64,000 nucleotides of DNA from an uncultured Acidobacteriota bacterium (GTDB lineage: Bacteria > Acidobacteriota > JAQAZP01). Location: positions 1,440,001-1,504,000 of the forward strand of contig CAWIIB010000001.1 of assembly GCA_963836075.1 (NCBI GenBank), in the 5' to 3' direction. Both the position numbers and the translations under genes were made by a program. Below the pieces are notes generated by a model that saw only the letters and a list, made by a program, of their open reading frames with translations, was not told the DNA's origin and did no database searches. Below, in pieces: positions 31,647 to 40,315 of this stretch (position 1 is its first letter; the number at the start of each line of letters is the position of its first letter).

Positions 31647-31738
31647 GCGTTCCCACTGCACCTGCTCGGGAGACTACCCGGGCCGGTGCCCTCCTCCTGT
31701 ATGGCCTTTGGGCCTGCAGGCTTCGAGCTATATCATTG

Positions 31739-32130
31739 TTACTGTGAAATATATACACATGGTGGGGAACGTTTAATCCTCGTCTGACACCAGCGGCCCC
31801 TGGTCACCTGGATCGCCACTTCATCCCAAACATGTACGCTCTGAGCCATTGGCCCGGGGAGCCAGAATTGCGAAAGGTCGCCTTTAACGGTTTTGGCGAT
31901 CTTTTTTTGTTGGTCGACAGCATTGGTAACCGCGATCGAATCAAACGGTTTTCGGTAGTCCGGTGCGAGCTTCCAGTCCCTCCAAATGGAGTTCGAGAAT
32001 ACGATTTGAAGCAATCGGCGTTTCTCGGCCATTTTCTGCCTAACTTACAGATTTGCAACCCTTTGCGCGAGTTCGAAGATTCGGACGCCTTTATCGTGGT
32101 ATGACCGGTCCGCGATCTCCAGCTGTCCCT
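31739..32130 (-). pseudogene. C-terminal remnant of large serine recombinase
   Basis: DRSYHDKGVRIFELAQRVANL*...EKRRLLQIVFSNS.W.D.KL.PDYRKPFD.IAVTN...WLPG resembles C-termini of tRNA-targeting large serine recombinases. In-frame stop at 32045. No catalytic domain present. Confidence 0.7.
31775..31864 (+). repeat. Element-end repeat copy 1 ending in tRNA-like att core
   Basis: Ungapped 75/90 match to 42768-42857. Ends CCCGGGGAGCCA. Confidence 0.9.
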
Positions 32131-32469
32131 CGCTAAATTTCATATCATCCGATGACAAGCGTACGGCTTCACTTCGACCACAATTTCCAGAGCAACGCCC
32201 AAAATCAACGATCGACCCAAGTACGTTGTGGTCTTGATCCATTTTTCTTGAGATCGGCCAGCTGTTGCGGCAGGGCGAGGTTCTCGATGGTCAGATCTGC
32301 CCTCGATCGAAAAAACGATCCAACTGAGCAAAAAAGCACGGTCCAAGTGCGGTAAAATATTCTTATCAATCCACGATGCAACCCTGCAAGCGCGATTCAA
32401 TCAAACTGTAGATGTTAAAGCTTTTTTGGTTTTTTTACGGGCAACATGCCCCGCGAAAGGAGCCCGATC

Positions 32470-34917
32470 ATGAAGAGGCAACAACTGCAGTGGTCCTGGC
32501 GTGAGGGAATTACCGTACCCCTCATGACGTTGATGATGCTGGCCGCCGTGCCTGCGACAGCTGATATCCCTTACGAGCCAACACCCTACTGGGAGTCAGG
32601 CGACACCGAGGTTTCCACCGGAGTGGCCCTGGCCGATGTGGACCAGGATGGCTGGCCTGATCTCGTCGTGGCCAACGGCAACGACATCCATCGGCAGCAC
32701 CTGGTGATCTATTACAATCAGGGCTACGGCGTATTCCCCGATACGCCGGACTGGCAGTCATCGGACATTGATTACCACGCCCACCTCGCCGTGGGAGATG
32801 TCAACGGAGACGGGTACCCTGATGTGGCTGTCTCTGTTTACCTGGGACCGGATGGATTCGGGGATCCCGGCCGCGTAAAACTCTACCTCAACGACGGGAG
32901 CGGGACGCTTGGTGACAGTCCGGCCTGGTCAACGCCTTACGCCCACTATACCATCCGCTGTGCCTTTGGTGATCCGGACCTCGACGGGGACCTGGATCTG
33001 GCCGTGGCCTGCGGCGAATTTTACAATAATATTCAACAAGCCAACTTGATTTTCCGTAACGACGGCGGGACGTTGGAAGAGACCCCATTCTGGTCCTCGG
33101 ACGAGATCGATAAGAGCCACGACGTTTCCTGGGATGATGTGGACCTCGACGGCGATCTGGACCTGGCCGTCTGCAATACCGGAGAGCCGAACCGCGTTTA
33201 TTACAACCGCGGCGGTAATCTTTCCACCACCGCCGATTGGAGTTCCACCGATTCCTCGATGTTCGCCAACACTCTGGCCTGGGGTGACATAAACGGTGAC
33301 GGTTACCCGGACCTGGCCGTGGCTGACAATAACCAGTTAGGAGGATCAGGCAGGTTCAAGATCTACCTAAATAACGGCAGCGGAATCCTGGGTTCCTCTC
33401 CAGCCTGGTCTTCCGATGAGTTCGGTTTCGGCTCTTCCGTGGTATTCAGCGACATGGACGACGACGGCGACCTGGATCTGGCCACAGGCCAGTGGTGGGG
33501 GCCAGTGAGAATCTACCTCAACACGGAGGGGAGCTTCCCCACCTTGGCTTCCTGGGCCTCCAATACCAACAGCGTGATCGAGCGGATCTGTTTCGGCGAC
33601 GTGGACAAGGACAACACGAAAACCGTTACCGAGACCTTCGATGGCTCTGCGGGTCGCACGCTTTTTGTCCTGTCCCGACGTCCGGTGGAAAAGCTGTCGG
33701 AAGTGAGGGTGGGCAGTCAGGTGCTCTCCCCGGGGGAATATTGTGCTCATCTGGAAAACGGCTGGATCAGTTTGGTAGGCGATCCTGCCGGAGAAACCGT
33801 GACCGTGAGCCACACCTACTCCCTTGACCAGGACATGGCGGTGAGCAATTGGGACAGCAATCGCGGCAATTACATCTTTCGCAACATTGACGACCCGGAC
33901 GTGGAACCTCTGATCCTGGTGGGTCCCGGTCCGGGGTTCGACAATCCCCCGTTTGTCCGTGTCTTCCCGCCCGAAATGAACGCCGAGCCCATCTTCGAGT
34001 TCAGCGCTTACGGCGCACCGCACTACGGGGCGAACGTCACCTGCGGGGATGTCAACGGCAACGTATTGGACGAGATTCTCACTGGTCCCGGACCGGGTGA
34101 TATCTATGGCCCGCACGTGCGGGGCTTCCAGGTGGACGGCACCCCCCTGCCCGGGCTCAGTTTCCTCGCTTACGGCACAAACAAGTGGGGAGTCAATGTG
34201 GCGGCGGGGAACATCGACGATGATGAATTTGACGAGATCATCACCGGTGCTGGTCCTGGAGCCGTATTCGGCCCGCACGTCAGGGGCTTCAATTATGACG
34301 GGACGTCGGGAATCACTCCAGTTCCCGGAGTCAGCTACTTTGCCTATGGCACCCCCAAATGGGGGGTGAATGTGGCAGCGGGTGACATCGACGGTGACGG
34401 CTATGACGAAATCGTCACCGGCGCTGGTCCTGGTGCGGTATATGGACCTCACGTCCGGGGCTGGAACGTGGACGGGGGCCCGGCGACAGCCATATCAGAA
34501 GTGAGTTTCCTCGCCTACGGAACGAACAAGTTCGGCGTAAACGTGACCTGCGGCGACCTGGATGGTGACGGGATGGCCGAGTTGGTCACCGGGGCCGGGC
34601 CGGGTGCGGTATTCGGGGCTCACGTTCGTGGCTGGAATTTCGACGGAACTGCCCTGACCGAGTTGCCCGGGATCAACTTCTTTGCCTGGCTGCCCGAGGA
34701 AGTACGGCATGGGGCAAAAGTCTTCGCCGGTACCGATCTGGACGGTGACGGAGAGGATGAACTGGTGGTGGGCTGCGGGCCGGACCCTAACGCTGGCACA
34801 CCGGTAAAGGTATATGACTATGACGGTATGCAAGTGACTGAATGGTTTTCATTGGAAGCATTTCCGGGATTGGCCCGTGGAACGAGTGTGGCAGCGGGGA
34901 AATTCTATATCGATTGA
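32470..34917 (+). CDS. Secreted FG-GAP/VCBS repeat protein with C-terminal GPGPG-repeat propeller
   Basis: AAAGGAG RBS, signal peptide, about 7 GDxxGDGxxDL repeats, and six G[APC]GP..[GN][PA]HVR-type repeats. Confidence 0.88.
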   Translation: MKRQQLQWSWREGITVPLMTLMMLAAVPATADIPYEPTPYWESGDTEVSTGVALADVDQDGWPDLVVANGNDIHRQHLVIYYNQGYGVFPDTPDWQSSDIDYHAHLAVGDVNGDGYPDVAVSVYLGPDGFGDPGRVKLYLNDGSGTLGDSPAWSTPYAHYTIRCAFGDPDLDGDLDLAVACGEFYNNIQQANLIFRNDGGTLEETPFWSSDEIDKSHDVSWDDVDLDGDLDLAVCNTGEPNRVYYNRGGNLSTTADWSSTDSSMFANTLAWGDINGDGYPDLAVADNNQLGGSGRFKIYLNNGSGILGSSPAWSSDEFGFGSSVVFSDMDDDGDLDLATGQWWGPVRIYLNTEGSFPTLASWASNTNSVIERICFGDVDKDNTKTVTETFDGSAGRTLFVLSRRPVEKLSEVRVGSQVLSPGEYCAHLENGWISLVGDPAGETVTVSHTYSLDQDMAVSNWDSNRGNYIFRNIDDPDVEPLILVGPGPGFDNPPFVRVFPPEMNAEPIFEFSAYGAPHYGANVTCGDVNGNVLDEILTGPGPGDIYGPHVRGFQVDGTPLPGLSFLAYGTNKWGVNVAAGNIDDDEFDEIITGAGPGAVFGPHVRGFNYDGTSGITPVPGVSYFAYGTPKWGVNVAAGDIDGDGYDEIVTGAGPGAVYGPHVRGWNVDGGPATAISEVSFLAYGTNKFGVNVTCGDLDGDGMAELVTGAGPGAVFGAHVRGWNFDGTALTELPGINFFAWLPEEVRHGAKVFAGTDLDGDGEDELVVGCGPDPNAGTPVKVYDYDGMQVTEWFSLEAFPGLARGTSVAAGKFYID

Positions 34918-35009
34918 TTACACTGCATGATGATGCACACCGGCCAGTCGAAGGGTCTCTGAGAGTTTGTCGCTCGCCAATCAAGCCAACGAAATCCGAA
35001 CCTTTACAC

Positions 35010-35684
35010 AGGGTAAAGACCGACCGACATGGATTTTTGCGTCCCTGGAGGTCGTGGTCCAGGCTGTGGACATCGACCGTCGTGGGACGACGCAGCTACA
35101 CCAATACGAAGCGGCTCCTGAATGATGTGGCTAGCCGATGCACGTTCGCCGAACCTCCTTTGATCACCACCGATGGCTTCAAGTACTGCGCTCGGGTGAT
35201 TCGTCAGATCTTCGGCGATGGCTGTGTGTATGGCGTGGTCATGAAGACGAGGCGCAAGGACCGTGTTGTCAAGGTTGATCGGTATCGGGTCATCGGCTCC
35301 CGCTGGCAGCTTGAGGAAGCCCTTCTCCGATCTGAGGATTCCTCGAAGCTCAACACCTCATTCATTGAAAGATTGAACTTGACGATCAGGCAAGGGTCGG
35401 CTTATCTTTATCGAAAGAGCGCCTGCCACGCACGAGTGGCAGAAAATCTTGATCACCATCTGGATCTCCTTCAGTGTTATTACAACTTCATACGACCGCA
35501 CCGGTCCCTGAGATTCGGTCGGGAGGTGAGGACGCCAGCGATGCAAGCTGGGTTAGCGAGCCGGCGCCTGTCGTTCCGTGAGATATTCACGGCTGTGGAG
35601 GTCGTGAAGTTGTTCGTTGTCGTGGGAATGGTGGTTGTATTTAGCCGAGGTAGGGCAGAGGATCGGCTTCGTCAGGTGGCGTAG
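35010..35684 (+). mobile_element. IS1-family transposase fragment (5'-truncated, frameshifted)
   Basis: TWIFASLEV / WSRLW (frameshift near 35053), TTDGFKY, NTSFIERLNLTIRQ, YYNFIRPH and TPAMQAGL motifs. Confidence 0.78.
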
Positions 35685-35754
35685 CAACAGTTCGTGAATG
35701 AAGCACCGTAGCGGTCAGGTTGCCAACGGGGCGGATAAGATGGGGGGAATGACA

Positions 35755-36774
35755 ATGCGGTACATGCAAGTTGTGACGATCCTGCTGCTCGCCTTTCTCG
35801 GCTCGGAACTGGCGAACGCCGAGATCTTTATCGACGATTTCGATCGTCCCGATGAACCCCTCGGACCACCGTGGGAGCTTCTGGACCAATCTCCGCTCTA
35901 TATCGAAAACCAGTCAGTGGTCGCCCGGGAAAATGAATACGGTCTGATGCTCTACGGCGAGCAATGTCCCAGTTGTTACTGTGGCGAGGCAATCTTGCTG
36001 GCGACATTCAATTTCTCGACGAACACGGACTACGATGGGCGCTTCCAGTTCTTCATCGGCGGGGGCGAGACCGAGAGTGACTACTGGGGATTCAATGCCA
36101 AGATCGGACTCGATGAGGTCTCCCTGTACAGCATCGACGACGTGAACGGCGAGATCGAGCTGGCCACCGTGCCCTCGCCCCTCATGCACGACTTCAACCA
36201 CGCCATGGTGTTTCGGTACGATCCCGATACTCAGGAGGTCTCGCTCGTCGTGTACGGTCCCGTTTCGCCCTTGGTCAACCTGACCGTGCCCGCTTCCAGT
36301 GATCCCTTCTGCTTCCTCGCGATCGGGATCGAAAACCTGGATGCCACAGGCGACGAGGGCCGAATTCAGGTCGTGCAGTTCCAGTATTGCTGCGAGAATG
36401 CCGTCCCGACGGTGGCGGTCGAGCTGACCTGCCGGCCGGCGTCGGGCACGGTGCCCTTCTCCACCACGCTGACTGTGGGCCTGACCAACCGGTACGCCGG
36501 GCAAAGCCGCCGCATGGCCGCGCACATCGACGTCGTGCTCGCCAGCGGTACGGCCTACTCCAACTGGCGTGCGGGGTATACCAATATCGACGGCGGCGGC
36601 AGCTATACCACGTCCTGGAACCAGGCCATTCCGGCTCTCGGACCGGTGATCGGCAGCAACGTGTTCACCCTGGTCGCCGAGGACGTGACGCCGGCGCCGT
36701 ACAACCAACCGCCCTATCCGGCGTCCGGCGACACCGCCGTCCACGACTGCACCGTGGTGGCGAACGCGCCCTGA
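35755..36774 (+). CDS. Secreted protein (possible jelly-roll passenger) with shared C-terminal domain
   Basis: Signal peptide (ANA/E), DDFDRPD start, and CTD from about 36409. Confidence 0.85.
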   Translation: MRYMQVVTILLLAFLGSELANAEIFIDDFDRPDEPLGPPWELLDQSPLYIENQSVVARENEYGLMLYGEQCPSCYCGEAILLATFNFSTNTDYDGRFQFFIGGGETESDYWGFNAKIGLDEVSLYSIDDVNGEIELATVPSPLMHDFNHAMVFRYDPDTQEVSLVVYGPVSPLVNLTVPASSDPFCFLAIGIENLDATGDEGRIQVVQFQYCCENAVPTVAVELTCRPASGTVPFSTTLTVGLTNRYAGQSRRMAAHIDVVLASGTAYSNWRAGYTNIDGGGSYTTSWNQAIPALGPVIGSNVFTLVAEDVTPAPYNQPPYPASGDTAVHDCTVVANAP

Positions 36775-37126
36775 GGCCGGTCTCCGGGACGGGCGCCGAT
36801 CCCGCAAGGGTGTGCCCGTCCAGCGAGTTCCGGGGTATGATTTCGAGAGTCCAGCGAGGGTATACCGTTGTAGCGCCCAGATACTATGTCCGCGTGTACC
36901 TGATCCACCGAGTTTTGATCGGCTCTGAATCCCGATTTCCCTCAGATCTGAAGGCCAGCCCTCCAGACTGAACGGTGAAAAGGCAGGGGAATGATCCTGG
37001 CGACAAAGGAACGACGAGCGACAACTGATTAGGGCCGTTGGTGCACGTTCTCCCGAAAATCCTTGTTCTCTTCGGCCACGGCGATGGTGTGCCCGCCGCG
37101 GCAGGACACCTCGTGCACATGGTTGT

Positions 37127-38926
37127 TCATAATTGGCCCACCCTCTTCAGCAGTTCCAGCGACTCTAAAGTGCCTGTAACGTCTCGCCCTCCAGTCACGT
37201 GGGCCCAGACCTGCCCCCTGATCGTCACGCTGACTTCGGCCCAGCTGCCGGGCACCATCCCCGGTCCCACCACCGTGTAGTTGCCGCCCTGCTGCGAGCA
37301 GAGGAGCATAACCGTGTACACCTGGCCCTCCGGCGGCGGGGGCAGGTGCGCAACCTCAAAATTGGTCACACTGTCGTTTCCCGGGCAGATCAGTTTGGGG
37401 AACCACAGACGGTCCACCATCTGCCCGTCGCTGTCGGTTACTGTGGCCGTGGCCTCCCAGTACGGGTCGTTTCCAGGCTTCAGCGGCGGCCGCACCATGG
37501 GTGGGTCCTGTGAGGAGAAGCGGGCCTCCTGGCTCAGGAGGAGTTTCAGGCTCAGAATCGTTGGTTGCGTGTATTCGAACTCCATTATGCCGTGGACCAC
37601 AGCCGAGGCACTGGCCGTGGCCTTGCTCCTGGACAGCACTTCGGGGCCACTCCCCTCCATCCGGCCCACGGCATTGGCGCGCAACTCCTGCTCGGTGACG
37701 AAGGTGAAGCCATGCTCCGCTGAGGTGAACGTGGTCCGCACGTCGCTGGTGCCGGTCACCTGGTCCTGCCCCTGGCTCATGAATGAGGGGTAGGTCTTGT
37801 CCAGGGACGTACTACAGACCACCGGCTCATTAAAACACAGCGGAATGAACTCGACCCGTTCGCGGTCCACCCAGCCGCTGTTCATGGTAAGCCCCGCGGT
37901 CGGGCTGGCCATCGCCCCTTCGATGGCCTGCTGCATGGCGGCGACCTGCTCCGGGGTCATGGTCTGGCCGGCTATGGCCATGGCCTGCTCAAACCCCTCC
38001 ATTGACGGAATCTGTGCGGCGGCGCTATCCTCCTCGGCACTGCCAGGGCCGGGCACGGTCAGGTGGGGTGATTCCACGGTCTCCAGGCCCTCCGGCCCAG
38101 AGCGGATTACGCGCTTGGTCAGCCGATCGCCGCTGGCTCCGCCGTGGCCCACCGAGGATGTAGCATTGCCGGTGACAATGGCCGTTGCCGGACAGTCCCA
38201 GCCCCACCACCGGCGGTCCGACCGGGTGATGTTGAGGAACCATACTGGCCTGGTCACCGTCTTGCCACTCCGCTTGTCGACAACCTCCAGTTCCATTTCC
38301 CGCGCGTTCGGCGTGGCGGAGGTGACCGGGTTCCCCCTCTCATCGCTGAAGGAGCCGCCAAAGGCGAAGTAGTCGCTGTCGTTCCAAGTGGGGCTAGGGC
38401 CGTACCCGATGGCGCTGGGGATGGCGAGTTCCAGGGCCATCTGGAAGTCGGTGTCCCTGGCATAGCTGTTGTACTCGCCGTTGAAATTGGACGCAGGGCC
38501 GGGGTGAGTGCGAAACAGCATCACCGTGCGGTACTGGCCATCCTTGATCGGCGGCGGCAGGATCACCCCCGATTCGCCGCCGGCGGTGCCGCCAGCCGTG
38601 GCGTTCCGGATTACGGTGCGGTACTGGTACCCTTGGTCGGTCTGGCGCCGCTCCTGGTAAGCGATGAAGCCGACCTCACGCTCCTCCGGCGTACCCTCGT
38701 GAGACATGCTCCAGGCCAGCTGCATGGCCTCGAGCATGGTGTAATCGTATTTGATGAACGTATCGAACTCGATAGATGGGCAGACATCTTCCCAGGGACC
38801 CTCCAGTTCCAGTTGCTTCAGATCCGTGGTGTGCGCCCACGCCGCCGCTGCCGAGAGCAGGAGCAGGGCGGCGGCCAGGGCTCCCCGCAGGGCCGTGTGG
38901 CCCATGTGGCTGGTAATGCGTTGCAT
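37127..38926 (-). CDS. Hypothetical secreted protein, possible degenerate JAB/MPN-like N-terminal domain
   Basis: GGAGGAG RBS, signal peptide AWA, and EREVGF...FRTHPG...RDTD pattern. Confidence 0.7.
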   Translation of the reverse strand: MQRITSHMGHTALRGALAAALLLLSAAAAWAHTTDLKQLELEGPWEDVCPSIEFDTFIKYDYTMLEAMQLAWSMSHEGTPEEREVGFIAYQERRQTDQGYQYRTVIRNATAGGTAGGESGVILPPPIKDGQYRTVMLFRTHPGPASNFNGEYNSYARDTDFQMALELAIPSAIGYGPSPTWNDSDYFAFGGSFSDERGNPVTSATPNAREMELEVVDKRSGKTVTRPVWFLNITRSDRRWWGWDCPATAIVTGNATSSVGHGGASGDRLTKRVIRSGPEGLETVESPHLTVPGPGSAEEDSAAAQIPSMEGFEQAMAIAGQTMTPEQVAAMQQAIEGAMASPTAGLTMNSGWVDRERVEFIPLCFNEPVVCSTSLDKTYPSFMSQGQDQVTGTSDVRTTFTSAEHGFTFVTEQELRANAVGRMEGSGPEVLSRSKATASASAVVHGIMEFEYTQPTILSLKLLLSQEARFSSQDPPMVRPPLKPGNDPYWEATATVTDSDGQMVDRLWFPKLICPGNDSVTNFEVAHLPPPPEGQVYTVMLLCSQQGGNYTVVGPGMVPGSWAEVSVTIRGQVWAHVTGGRDVTGTLESLELLKRVGQL

Positions 38927-39454
38927 GTGTCACTCCTCCATCAGGTCCGGTCCCGTGCCCTCCCCGGCGTTTCCGCAGGCGCGCTACGATCAGGATCAGC
39001 AGAACTCACAGCCGTTTGCGGATCAGGCGTTTTTCCCTGTTCGTTTTGCAGGATAAATGAAGTAAGCGTAGCGGCGGTTGATCCGGGCCGTCAAAGATTT
39101 GTCTGGTTTCCGGGTCGACCGCAGGAGGACGGTGATGATGCCGGATGCCGTGATTGCTGGCCGCGTGGCCGGCGCCGGACCAGGGTCAGCGGACGTCGGC
39201 CGTGCAAAGACCAATCCGTGGGGGACAGACCGGGACGTCGCGTTAGCGGTTTTTCAGGCCCGTTAGGCAGCAGCAGAAATATTTCACTGGTTCGGGTCTG
39301 AACGTCACACCAACTGATGGAAACTCACGAACTCGATCGACTGTATCGATCTCGAGGATCTGTCAGTTTCCATGCCGCTTTCTTCCACTCATAGCGATGA
39401 TGGAATCCGCCGACTGGCCGACCTGGGCTACCTTTGATGTTCACCTGGGCCGGA

Positions 39455-39949
39455 CTAGGGGTACGTGCGGACCTGGCTGAACGATTGTCCAGACAGAGAC
39501 ACCTTTCCTGTTTTGAGATCAACGGAGAAGAATCGCGCTGTCCCGATAACGCCGCCGGTCTCCCCTGGGGGAGGCGAATAACTGGTGGATCTGTCGGTGG
39601 CCACGGGCAGCTCGATGGTCACGGTGTAGAGCGGGATGAGGCCGTCGAGGTAGGCATCGTAGGCCTGCTCGTCCTTCCCCGATTTCTGCCACTCCTCCCA
39701 GGTGGTCACCGGGCCCTTCATCCGCATCAGTTTGAAGATCTGCGGTGCGGGATTCTGGTTCGACGTGAACATCCCTTGCTCCACCACCACACGCAGGTTC
39801 GGGTCCCGGGTGTCGATCATCAACACGGAGTTGTCGGTGATCGGCATACCGTCTTCGGTGAGGGTCACCTCGTCCGAAGCGAACATGACCCCGTACAGTG
39901 GAACCAGGGTGGCAACCGTCAGCAGGATGGCAAACATCAGGATCTTCAT
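39455..39949 (-). CDS. Small hypothetical secreted protein
   Basis: AAAGGAG RBS, hydrophobic N-terminus MKILMFAILL, GC3-biased codons. Confidence 0.6.
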   Translation of the reverse strand: MKILMFAILLTVATLVPLYGVMFASDEVTLTEDGMPITDNSVLMIDTRDPNLRVVVEQGMFTSNQNPAPQIFKLMRMKGPVTTWEEWQKSGKDEQAYDAYLDGLIPLYTVTIELPVATDRSTSYSPPPGETGGVIGTARFFSVDLKTGKVSLSGQSFSQVRTYP

Positions 39950-40315
39950 CTTCAGGCTCCTTTGGCTTCGGGCACCGAAAATCGAAGGATATTGATTGAT
40001 TATACCAAACCGGAGCGAACGCCTCCTGCGGAATCACCACCTGTACCTCGCCAAAACTCATTTCACCCATCGAGCCGTTGTCATCCTGGCTTCGCTGAAT
40101 CTTGATCTCCAGGTTATGTACGACTTGGAGAAATCGGTTGGTGAATACGGTCCATTTTGGGATCCTTTTGTAAAAGGCTCCCCCACACCACCTTGCCGCG
40201 CTCTTTTCCTCCTGATCTGCCGGCTTCAATATCAATGCAATCCAATGTAAACTCTGCGGGGCTGATTCCCAGTGGCTGACTGAACCGGCATGATAAAAAT
40301 CCATGTGAGACGAGC

